A stretch of 64,000 bases of DNA from Dehalococcoidia bacterium (GCA_965201145.1 CBDAVT010000001.1:70889-134888); one strand, 5' to 3'; shown: positions 46,469-55,028, numbered from the stretch's first letter. Made by a program: numbers and translations. Notes: a model not told the origin generated them from the sequence alone.

Positions 46469-47755
46469 ATGAACCAGACCAGGTCCCAACAGCTATTTGC
46501 CCAGGCTCAACAGTACATTCCCGGCGGCGTCAACAGTCCGGTACGCTCCTTCCGTGCCGTAACCGGAATCCCACCCTTTATCGACCGGGGCAGTGGCTCC
46601 CGGGTGTGGGACGTGGACGGAAATGAGTACATCGACTACCTGGGATCCTGGGGGCCGCTGGTTCTGGGCCACGCCCACCCGGCGGTGGTGGAAGCCCTGA
46701 CCCGAGCCGCTCAAGGCGGGACCAGCTTTGGCGCGCCGGTGGAACTGGAGGTGGAGCTGGCGCGTACAATCTGCGCAGCCCTGCCCTCGGTGGACAGTGT
46801 ACGCCTGGTTAGTTCCGGTACTGAAGCCTGTATGAGCGCCATCCGGCTGGCCCGAGCCAGCACCGGTCGAAGCAAGATTATCAAGTTCTCCGGCTGCTAT
46901 CACGGCCACGCGGACGGGCTGCTGGTCCGGGCCGGTTCGGGCGCAATGACTCACGGCATCCCTACCAGCGCCGGGGTACCCGAGTCCTATGCCGCCGAAA
47001 CTCTGGTGGCGGACTACAACGACATTGCCTCGGTCGAGGCGTGCTTTGCAGCCTGGCCCGAGGCTATCGCCGGCGTCATCGTCGAGCCGGTAGCCGGCAA
47101 CATGGGAGTAGTGCCGCCGGCAGAAGGATTCCTGCAATCCCTGCGGCGCTTGACTGCCGATAACGGCGCCATGCTCATATTTGACGAAGTGATAACCGGT
47201 TTCCGGATAGCCTATGGCGGAGCCCAGACTTTCTACGATGTAACTCCGGACATTACTTGTCTGGGGAAGATAATCGGCGGCGGCTTGCCGGTGGGAGCCT
47301 ACGGGGGAAGGCGCGAAATTATGGAAGTGGTCGCGCCGTTGGGCCCGATGTATCAGGCCGGAACCCTTTCCGGGAATCCCCTGGCCGTTACTGCCGGGCT
47401 CACAACTTTGACCGAGCTGCAAAAGGAGGGAACTTACCAGCGTCTGGAGTCTTTAGCCGGGCGGTTGGCGGCCGGCCTTACCCAGGCATTCGCCAATGCC
47501 GAGATTCCGGCCACCCTTAACCGGGTGGGTTCAATGATGACCGGGTTCATCAACGCCGGCCCGGTGGCCGGGTTAACCCAGGTGGAACAGTCAAATACCG
47601 AAGTCTATGGCCGTTACTTCCATGCTATGCTGGAACGGGGAGTGTATCTGGCTCCTTCCCAATTCGAGGCCGGTTTCGTTTCCCTGGCGCATACCGAAGA
47701 GGATATAGATCGCACCGTAGCAATTGCGGCGGAGGCGCTGGAGAGCCTACGTTAA
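46469..47755 (+). CDS. hemL: glutamate-1-semialdehyde 2,1-aminomutase
   Basis: IPGGVNSPVRSF and the FDEVITGFR motif. I chose the start at ATG 46469 (the track ORF begins at 46352). Confidence 0.93.
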   Translation: MNQTRSQQLFAQAQQYIPGGVNSPVRSFRAVTGIPPFIDRGSGSRVWDVDGNEYIDYLGSWGPLVLGHAHPAVVEALTRAAQGGTSFGAPVELEVELARTICAALPSVDSVRLVSSGTEACMSAIRLARASTGRSKIIKFSGCYHGHADGLLVRAGSGAMTHGIPTSAGVPESYAAETLVADYNDIASVEACFAAWPEAIAGVIVEPVAGNMGVVPPAEGFLQSLRRLTADNGAMLIFDEVITGFRIAYGGAQTFYDVTPDITCLGKIIGGGLPVGAYGGRREIMEVVAPLGPMYQAGTLSGNPLAVTAGLTTLTELQKEGTYQRLESLAGRLAAGLTQAFANAEIPATLNRVGSMMTGFINAGPVAGLTQVEQSNTEVYGRYFHAMLERGVYLAPSQFEAGFVSLAHTEEDIDRTVAIAAEALESLR

Positions 47756-47867
47756 TGCAATGTCAACCTTTGGCGGGCAGCAAATACTTGGTGGCGAGGG
47801 CCTGAAGGGAAGTCTTCGGTATAACGGCGAAATTAGAATATGTGAATCTGAAGAATCAGGATGGAGA

Positions 47868-48374
47868 ATGGCAACCGAATTATCAAATCGACATGCCGAT
47901 TTGAGCCGGCGACTGCTGGAGCAAGCCAATTACGAACTGGATCAGAAAGGGGACCGGGTTCAAGCGTCAGAGAAGGCATCCGGGGCCGTGGCCCAGGCGG
48001 TAAAGGCGATTGCTGAAGACCGGCAGTGGCGCCACAGTTCCCATGCCCTGAGGCGAACGATAGTAAATTTGCTGGTGGCTGAGTTCAATCAGCCGGGATT
48101 AGACTCGGTTCAAGCCATTGCCGACCAGTTGCATAACAACTATTATGAAGACCGGTTGTACGATTGGGAATTGCGGAGTTATTTAGACCAGATAGAGTCC
48201 GGGATTGTATTGTTCTGGGAAATTTGGGAGCGGGGGGCAAACTCCGATTTTGTTCCTTCTCCACCGCAGCAAGCTGCCATTGACCGCCTGCGAATTTCCG
48301 AAGCGGAAGCTGCCACCCAACCACTGCTGGATTATCCACCACCCATGCCGCCCTTTGTTCCACCGGAAAGATAG
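47868..48374 (+). CDS. PaREP1/HEPN-like helical protein
   Basis: QASEKASGAVAQAVKAIAEDRQWRHSSHALR resembles the PaREP1-family core (SEK.WGA...AVKA.A...W...SH). I chose the start at ATG 47868. Confidence 0.5.
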   Translation: MATELSNRHADLSRRLLEQANYELDQKGDRVQASEKASGAVAQAVKAIAEDRQWRHSSHALRRTIVNLLVAEFNQPGLDSVQAIADQLHNNYYEDRLYDWELRSYLDQIESGIVLFWEIWERGANSDFVPSPPQQAAIDRLRISEAEAATQPLLDYPPPMPPFVPPER

Positions 48375-48416
48375 GCAAGGGAACGCCGATAATTTGCCAA
48401 CGCGGTAAAAAAAGAG

Positions 48417-48438
48417 AGGCGGGCCGATTGGCCCGCCT
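48417..48438. terminator. bidirectional rho-independent terminator between convergent genes
   Basis: AGGCGGGCC-GATT-GGCCCGCCT, with an A-run upstream and a T-rich stretch downstream. Confidence 0.65.
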
Positions 48439-48473
48439 TCCGGTTTTACGGAGCGACGGTAGGGATACTCAGA

Positions 48474-48929
48474 CTAGGTTCCGTAGCGGGCGGCAGCGTT
48501 GGGATCGCTGTACTCTACGCCTTTAGTGGCCCAGAAAGCGGCAGCGATAGCGTCGACGGCAGCCACCAGTTCCTCACAGGCGGCCATGTCAACCGTCTGA
48601 CGGCAGCGGCCGGCCAGTTTGAGGGCTGAGTTAAAAGAGCCGTGCAAGTCAAAGCCTTCGGGCATATTGGGCCAGGCGTAGTCGGCCCAGAGAATCCGCA
48701 GTTCGCGCTTGCAAACCTCAGCGTGCTCTTCCTTCACCGCGATGTAGCGGGACATCGTATTAGCGTAGGCCACGTGGTCGTCACCCTCTTCCAGAGCCTG
48801 CATCCGGAGTACCATTTTCTGAACGGTCTGGGCAGCGATTTTGGCGGCTACAGGGTCGTAGATGCCGCAGGGGATGTCGCAATGGGCTTCAGCCTCTTGA
48901 ACCTTCAACCATTGGAGCGGGTTAAACAT
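48474..48929 (-). CDS. sodN: nickel superoxide dismutase precursor
   Basis: A 14-aa propeptide is followed by the Ni-hook HCDIPCGIYDP. I chose the start at ATG 48929 (the track ORF begins at 49055). Confidence 0.9.
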   Translation of the reverse strand: MFNPLQWLKVQEAEAHCDIPCGIYDPVAAKIAAQTVQKMVLRMQALEEGDDHVAYANTMSRYIAVKEEHAEVCKRELRILWADYAWPNMPEGFDLHGSFNSALKLAGRCRQTVDMAACEELVAAVDAIAAAFWATKGVEYSDPNAAARYGT

Positions 48930-48956
48930 TCTTGCTCTTCCTCTGTTCAAAGTTTG

Positions 48957-48972
48957 GCCCATATCTATGGGC
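48957..48972. promoter_or_regulatory. 7-2-7 perfect inverted repeat upstream of sodN (candidate operator)
   Basis: GCCCATA-TC-TATGGGC, 28-43 nt upstream of the sodN ATG. Confidence 0.25.
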
Positions 48973-49243
48973 AGTCCCAAGATTACAAGAAAAGCCCCTT
49001 CAACGCAAGCCCTGGATTTGCAGACAACAGTTGTATGTACCGTACCATTTGACACCGGGCTAACTACCAGGCTTTATGAGTCTCACCTTTGTCGGATAAT
49101 CTATGCTGAAATACAGCAGTTTCGGGTCATGGACAGTTGACATACGCCCCTAATCAAGTCTAACGTTAGGCAATCCGTAAAGTATGTAACGCAGCCGGCC
49201 CGACTTCAGGCCTCAAATAAGTTCTTCCGCAGGAGAAGAGAGA

Positions 49244-50389
49244 ATGACGCCATCTATGCGACGGAAGCGAATCTTGCTGCTGGCGACTGCCGCCATAGTA
49301 GTCTTGATTCTCCTTGTCCTGTATCTACTGGGCACCGTGCTGTTGACCCTGGGAATCAGCGCAGTGCTGGCATACGTGCTGCTGCCGGTAGCCAAATTGA
49401 TGGAACGGGTAATGCCCTGGCGCGAAAATCGACCGGGATTAGCCCGGGGCATATCCATCGGCATCATCTTCCTGGCCGGTATTGGCGCGATTGCCGCAGT
49501 TTTGATTGCCGTAATAACTCCCACCATCGAGCAAACCGAAAATCTCATCCGAGACTTCCCCAATCTGATTAACAACGCTCGTACCACCATCGAGGGTTGG
49601 TCCGTCCAATACGTCGACCTGGTCCCCGCCGATGTTCGCAACTGGGCCGAGAGTACGCTGGCCAGCGCCGGAGGCCTTATCGGGGATGCGGCCTGGAACG
49701 TGGCCAAGCAAACCCTGGGCATCATCACCGGTTCCCTTTCACTCATCATGGGCTTGGCGGTGGCGCCGGTTCTGGTATTTTACCTGATGAAAGACTCAGG
49801 CCCCATCCGAGACTCTTTGTACTCCCCTTTCCCGGCTGCCCTTCGACCGTATCTGCGCGATATTCTGGACATATCGGACAAGACTTTGGGCGGATATATT
49901 CGGGGGCAACTCACTTTGGGAGTGATTGTCGGCGTCATAGTAGCCGTCGGTTTGCTGCTGCTGGGCGTGCCTTTCGCCGTAATCCTGGGCCTGGTAGCCG
50001 GTCTTACGGAACTAATCCCCATCATCGGTCCCTGGATCGGGGGAGCTGCCGGCGTGGTGGTAACCCTCGCTACCGCACCGGACAAGATTCTCTGGGTAAT
50101 CCTGCTTTATCTAATCGTGCAGCTGCTGGAAAATGCGCTGCTGGTGCCTCGCATCCAATCTGACACCCTGAATATGCACCCGGTAGCCGTGATTATGGTA
50201 ATCACCATCGGGAGCCAGTATTTTGGCATCTGGGGAATCATTCTGGGCCCTCCCCTGGTCGCCCTGGCCAAGGATGTGGTCATTTATCTGGTACAGCAAT
50301 GGAATGAAGCGCCGGCAGTGGAATCCGGCGAAGCATTGACCGCGGACCCGGATAGCGCCGATTTAATCGAGGCTCCGGCAGAAAACTGA
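49244..50389 (+). CDS. AI-2E family (PerM/UPF0118) transporter
   Basis: 381-aa polytopic membrane ORF with the family-typical LTELIPIIGPWIGG segment. Confidence 0.88.
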   Translation: MTPSMRRKRILLLATAAIVVLILLVLYLLGTVLLTLGISAVLAYVLLPVAKLMERVMPWRENRPGLARGISIGIIFLAGIGAIAAVLIAVITPTIEQTENLIRDFPNLINNARTTIEGWSVQYVDLVPADVRNWAESTLASAGGLIGDAAWNVAKQTLGIITGSLSLIMGLAVAPVLVFYLMKDSGPIRDSLYSPFPAALRPYLRDILDISDKTLGGYIRGQLTLGVIVGVIVAVGLLLLGVPFAVILGLVAGLTELIPIIGPWIGGAAGVVVTLATAPDKILWVILLYLIVQLLENALLVPRIQSDTLNMHPVAVIMVITIGSQYFGIWGIILGPPLVALAKDVVIYLVQQWNEAPAVESGEALTADPDSADLIEAPAEN

Positions 50390-50405
50390 GGCGCAAGCCT
50401 CTTGG

Positions 50406-50678
50406 CCCTCACCCCCGGCCCCTCTCCCTGGGGGAGAGGAGAGAGCTTGTTCCTGGGCGTGTTCGCGCATAGTCAGAAATTACATCCTCTGAAAAAGCGG
50501 GAATAGTCAGCGGCTTTCCTCTCCCAAGCAACGTGAAGAAACTACTCTCCCCTCTCCTCGCGGGAGAGGGGCTAGGGGTGAGGACTTCCCAGCACATAGG
50601 TCAGGATTCACCCTCCCCCAAGCAACGTGAAGAAACTACTCTCCCCTCTCCTCGCGGGAGAGGGGCCGGGGGTGAGGG
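50406..50678. repeat. cluster of three REP-like elements (one inverted) with a ~100-bp tandem duplication
   Basis: Cores lie at 50406-50440 (reverse), 50549-50583 and 50643-50678. The unit ...CAAGCAACGTGAAGAAACTACTCTCCCCTCTCCTCGCGGGAGAGGGGC... is duplicated. Confidence 0.85.
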
Positions 50679-50719
50679 CTTCCCCGACACATACTTGACC
50701 GCAGGGGGATAGAAAAGGT

Positions 50720-50747
50720 GGCGGCCCCGCAGTCTTGCGGGGCCGCC
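50720..50747. terminator. 11-bp-stem hairpin between convergent genes
   Basis: GGCGGCCCCGC-AGTCTT-GCGGGGCCGCC. Confidence 0.55.
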
Positions 50748-50793
50748 TTGGGGTCTGTCGCCCTTGCCTTCCAGCCGGGCCGCGTGGGCCGGG

Positions 50794-52545
50794 CTAGTTC
50801 TTCAGGGACAGGGTGAAGGAGCCACTGGCTTCCTCCCCAGCCGCGTTGCTGGCGATTATCTGGATGGTCAGATCCTGGGAGGCTGCCTTGCCACCCTCCA
50901 ACGTCAGCACCGACCCGTTCCAGCTTCCCGACACCTTGTTGCGGGCAATCTCACCCAGCTTGCCGGTCTTCTGCCTCCCGGTCTTCTGGTGGGTGGTGGT
51001 TACCATCACTTCGTAGGTCAGGTTGTCGCCGCTGAAGTGATTAGCCATGTCCAGGTCGCTGGTCTCCCCCTGGCTGAGTTCGATGTCCCCGAAGGGGTTG
51101 CTCAGCGCTGGCCTTTCCGGCGCGGGTTCCGGAGTAGGTTCCGGCGTGGGCTCGGGAGTCGGCTCCGGAGTGGGTTCCGGGGTCGGCTCCGGCGTCGGTT
51201 CCGGGGTAGGTTCCGGGGTCGGCGCCGCCGTGCCGCCCACGGTCAGTTGGAAGGAGTCGCTGGCCGATTCGCCGGCGCCATCGGTGGCGATGACTTCCAC
51301 CTGCAGGACGTGGTCGCCCTTAGCCCCGGCGGTCAGGGTCAGGACTTCGCCGTCCCACTCGCCCCGCACCTTGTTCCGAGCCACCTCGTTCAGGTTCCCA
51401 ATCTTCACCACCCCGGTCCGCTTGTGGGTAGTAGTTACCTTCACCTGGTAGGTCAGCCCCTCGCCGCTGAAATGCTCCGCCATGTCCAGGGACTGCTCTC
51501 CGCTATTCTCCAGGGTCAGGTCGGCGAACTCCTGAATCAACTCCGTCGGTTCGGTCAGCCCGAACACCTGCCCCACCGGGTAATGGTTCAGCCGGATCGA
51601 GAATCCCCGCCGGTCGTCCCAGACCCCGTACAGGGTCTGCATCCCGTACCCTTCCCGGTAGAACATCATTTTGGCCCGATGTTCCCAGACATTGCCGCCC
51701 GTGCTGTAGGCCGCGTCCGAATGGGCGCTGATGCTGGCCGGGTCCACCGTGACCTTGCCATCGGCATAGGTCAGGGTCATCGAAACTTCCCCACCGGCCC
51801 AGTCATAACTCAAGGTCTCGGTAGTGGGCTTGTAGTCAATCTCGTAGTAGATGCCGTAGTCGGCATCGTAGTACCAGTTCAGGGTCATGCCGTTCTGACC
51901 CGGCCGGTGGAACTCCAGCGACCGCCAGTTCTCGTACCGGTCCAGCCAGCCGCTGTCGTGGTACTCTACCGTCGTTTCCGCCGCTACCGCGCTGTCGTGG
52001 GTCAGGTTGTTGTAGGTCAGCTTGTTGTCGTCGTCCAGGTGCAGGTCCACGTTGATGTGCTTCCCGTCGCTCCACTCCAGCAAGGCGCTGGTGGACGTGA
52101 TGGGCGTGTCCGTCTGGGAAGTGGGCGGGTTCGGGTTCCGCTGCTCATCGCAGTACAGGCCCCAGTGGATGTTCCAGGTGCACTCGAAGAGGGCGTCCCC
52201 GTAGCCCGGCCGCTCGAACCGGATGTAGTTGAAGGTCGTCGCTCCGTTGCGGTGCACCCGGTACCGGAAGGTGGCTTCCGTGTCTTCCCCGTGGCTGATG
52301 CTCTGCGAGGCCAGCTCCGAATGCCGCATCCCATCGTGGTAGAACCGGAAGGAGAACTCCTCCCCATCGCCCCACTGGCCAGTTACCGTCTTGTTGGCAT
52401 CCTGCCGCTGAATCTGGTAGTACAGTCCCGCTTCCGTGTCGTAGTACACCGTCAGGTAGATGGGTCGTAGTTCCCCTGGTCGTACTGCTTCTTCACCACG
52501 ATGGTCTCGAAGGTCGAGTCCTCCATGTAGGAGAAGAACACCCAC
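50794..52545 (-). CDS. secreted repeat protein, C-terminal part (W-x-D-G repeat modules, Ig-like domain, PTE linker, Ig-like domain)
   Basis: 583-aa ORF. Its first ~27 residues are out-of-frame read-through. The true frame joins 52452..53138 at a 1-nt loss in a C-run (plus-strand GGG at 52462-52464). Confidence 0.85.
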   Translation of the reverse strand: MGVLLLHGGLDLRDHRGEEAVRPGELRPIYLTVYYDTEAGLYYQIQRQDANKTVTGQWGDGEEFSFRFYHDGMRHSELASQSISHGEDTEATFRYRVHRNGATTFNYIRFERPGYGDALFECTWNIHWGLYCDEQRNPNPPTSQTDTPITSTSALLEWSDGKHINVDLHLDDDNKLTYNNLTHDSAVAAETTVEYHDSGWLDRYENWRSLEFHRPGQNGMTLNWYYDADYGIYYEIDYKPTTETLSYDWAGGEVSMTLTYADGKVTVDPASISAHSDAAYSTGGNVWEHRAKMMFYREGYGMQTLYGVWDDRRGFSIRLNHYPVGQVFGLTEPTELIQEFADLTLENSGEQSLDMAEHFSGEGLTYQVKVTTTHKRTGVVKIGNLNEVARNKVRGEWDGEVLTLTAGAKGDHVLQVEVIATDGAGESASDSFQLTVGGTAAPTPEPTPEPTPEPTPEPTPEPTPEPTPEPTPEPAPERPALSNPFGDIELSQGETSDLDMANHFSGDNLTYEVMVTTTHQKTGRQKTGKLGEIARNKVSGSWNGSVLTLEGGKAASQDLTIQIIASNAAGEEASGSFTLSLKN

Positions 52546-53138
52546 TGAATCCGCGCGCTGGTGTTCCGAATCGACTCCCGGGCCGCGTCCACGTCAATCT
52601 CCGGGTTCCCGTTCTGCTGGGACACCGGCACCACCAGCTTGGTCCCTTCCAGCCATTCCAGGTCCAGCTCAATCACCGCCGATTCCTGGGGGCCCTTCAC
52701 GCCCGCCGGCGGGTCCGGGTTCCGGTAGGCCACGTAGTTCCGCTGTTCCGGGTAGCCGGCCCACCACTTGATCCACATATCGCCGAAACCGGCCCGCCGG
52801 AAGGTCATGCTCTTCTGGTCGAAATCGCAGCAGTAATCGGCGATCTTGACCGTGGTGTCTGCCCCGTGGACCAGACTGTCCGGGTCATAGGTGGGTTTGC
52901 CGTCCACCCGGGTCAGGGTCACGGAAACTTCCTCGCCGTCGCTCCACTGCAGGGCCACCGTTTCGGTGAGGTCCGATTCGGAGGCGGCGCCGATGGCGGA
53001 GTCCAGGGTCGTGGTGGTCGTGGGGGTGGCGTCGGCCCGGGCCGGGCTGGCGAAGGCCAGGCCGAAGAGGAGGGCCAAAGCGAGGAGGGCGCCGGCGATG
53101 CTGGCCGGGATGAGCCCTTTGCGGTTGAGGTGCAACAT
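52452..53138 (-). CDS. secreted repeat protein, N-terminal part with signal peptide
   Basis: 228-aa ORF with a signal peptide (ALLALALLFGLAFASPARA), then W-x-D-G...F-R-R-x-G-F-G repeat modules. Confidence 0.8.
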   Translation of the reverse strand: MLHLNRKGLIPASIAGALLALALLFGLAFASPARADATPTTTTTLDSAIGAASESDLTETVALQWSDGEEVSVTLTRVDGKPTYDPDSLVHGADTTVKIADYCCDFDQKSMTFRRAGFGDMWIKWWAGYPEQRNYVAYRNPDPPAGVKGPQESAVIELDLEWLEGTKLVVPVSQQNGNPEIDVDAARESIRNTSARIQWVFFSYMEDSTFETIVVKKQYDQGNYDPST

Positions 53139-53314
53139 ATTTTCTCTCTCTCCTGGGTTATGATGGATACATACTATCAGGTAAAGTGGGGTATGCCAAC
53201 AGGATTATGCCACAAATAGATAATCAGACTTTGGAATAGGGATACAATAACATCATTGTAAGGGGGTGATAGGGCAGCGCTGAAGTGTAATGTTGATTAC
53301 AGCAAGGGTGATAT

Positions 53315-53328
53315 TACGTAATTACGTA
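53315..53328. promoter_or_regulatory. 14-bp perfect palindrome TACGTAATTACGTA (candidate operator)
   Basis: Lies in the AT-rich divergent region between the surface-protein gene and the His-rich MFS gene. Confidence 0.3.
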
Positions 53329-53391
53329 TGTGGAATATTGGTAAACAGGATATATAATTTAAGGCAGCCGTAAATCTCGGTAATGCTGCTA

Positions 53392-53408
53392 TATTGCATA
53401 ATGCAATA
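53392..53408. promoter_or_regulatory. 8-1-8 perfect palindrome TATTGCAT-A-ATGCAATA (candidate operator)
   Basis: Same divergent region, about 140 nt upstream of the MFS start. Confidence 0.3.
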
Positions 53409-53549
53409 AAGATATGGAAACTCGCCCTGAATGCCGAATCACCCCACCGCTTACTCTAACCAATGAGCCGTGTTAAACTAGGCCCATTCCTGCAGGCGGC
53501 GCCAGACAGGTCAATGGCGCCAACCTGCAACCAAGGAAGGAGGGCAAAC

Positions 53550-55028
53550 ATGGCGCATGCCCATCACCATCACACCCCTCTTCAAGTCAGCGAGGAGCAC
53601 CGGGGTTTTCGCCGGGGGGCCGGCTTTATTATTGGAGGACTTACCAGTGGGCACGGCGTGTTTCACTGGCTTACCCAGAGTTTCATTGTAGTCCTGCCCG
53701 AAGTCCGGGATGTTTTGCTGGGCGGCAGTGTGGTTGCTACCACCTCGATCCAAACCACCCGGGAAATCGCTTCCGGTGTAGTCTCCCTGCCGGGCGGCGT
53801 GTTGACCGATGCCTTGCGCCGCCATTGGGGTTGGGTCATGGCCGTCTGTATGGCTCTGTTCGGCGTCGGCTGGATTCTGATGGCCGCCGGCGGGTGGACT
53901 GTGCCGGGCAGTTCCTGGCTGACTGCCGAACAGGCTGCCGCCGGCGGTTCCTCCGGCGAACTTAACGTTCTAGGCTATATGCTGCTCCTGCTGGGCATGG
54001 CCGTCGTCGGCATGGCCGCATCTTTCTGGCATCTGCCGGCCGTAGCCGCCCTTTCTTCCCAATTCAGCCACCGCCGCGCCTCGGTACTCTCCTTTCACGG
54101 GGTCGGCGGCAACATCGGCGACGTTATCGGGCCGGTCCTGACCGGTCTCCTGCTTTCCACCCTAACCTGGCAGGGCATCATTACCATCTACGGCGCAGTA
54201 CCCATCTTTCTGGCATTCCTGGTGCTGTGGGCCTTTCGAGACATCGGCCGCCGCCGGGAGGGAGAAACCGGCGACCGACCGGCCAACACGATGCGCCATC
54301 AGATTGAGGAAACCAGAATTCTGGTGCGCAACGGCAGAATGTGGGGCATAACCATGGTGGCCGGGCTACGGGGCATGGCTTATATCGGTTTTATCACCGT
54401 GCTGCCCTTGTATCTGGCCGATGAACTGGGGCTGAAGCTGATTGACGGAGAGGGGGGCTTCGAGAATCTTTTCTACCGTGGTTCCCTCATTGGCTTGCTG
54501 GTCCTGGTGGGGATATTCGCCAGCCCCATTATGGGATACCTGTCCGACCGGCTGGGCCGGAAACTGGTGCTGATACCGGGAATGGCGGTGCTGGCGACGT
54601 TGACCTTGCTGATGGCTTTCTATGGCGACACCCTGACCGGGATGACCATCCTGCTGGCCGGCCTGGGGCTTTTCCTTTACAGCGATCAGCCCATCCTGAC
54701 GGCAGCGGCTATGGACATCGTGCGGGAAGGAACCGCCGCTACCACCATGGGGCTGATGTCCACTTCCCGGTTCCTCTTCAGCGCCGTTTCGCCCATCATT
54801 GCCGGCATCCTTTACGACATCAATGCCGCCAATCTGTTCTACTACACTACGGGCCTTTACCTGGCCGCCATCGTTATCCTGCTGTTCCTGAGGCTCCCCA
54901 AACCGGCGCCCGTCCAGCATAACCACGAGCACGGCCACCAGCACGCCCACGCCGCTCACGATACTCCGGAGGCGCCGCCGGAAGACCACGGCCAGGAACA
55001 TGGGCACGAGCACGGACATCGGCATTAG
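53550..55028 (+). CDS. MFS transporter with His-rich N- and C-termini
   Basis: AAGGAAGGAGGG lies upstream of ATG 53550. The product has 12 or more TM segments, the N-terminus MAHAHHHH and the C-terminus HNHEHGHQHAHAAH...HGQEHGHEHGHRH. Confidence 0.85.
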   Translation: MAHAHHHHTPLQVSEEHRGFRRGAGFIIGGLTSGHGVFHWLTQSFIVVLPEVRDVLLGGSVVATTSIQTTREIASGVVSLPGGVLTDALRRHWGWVMAVCMALFGVGWILMAAGGWTVPGSSWLTAEQAAAGGSSGELNVLGYMLLLLGMAVVGMAASFWHLPAVAALSSQFSHRRASVLSFHGVGGNIGDVIGPVLTGLLLSTLTWQGIITIYGAVPIFLAFLVLWAFRDIGRRREGETGDRPANTMRHQIEETRILVRNGRMWGITMVAGLRGMAYIGFITVLPLYLADELGLKLIDGEGGFENLFYRGSLIGLLVLVGIFASPIMGYLSDRLGRKLVLIPGMAVLATLTLLMAFYGDTLTGMTILLAGLGLFLYSDQPILTAAAMDIVREGTAATTMGLMSTSRFLFSAVSPIIAGILYDINAANLFYYTTGLYLAAIVILLFLRLPKPAPVQHNHEHGHQHAHAAHDTPEAPPEDHGQEHGHEHGHRH

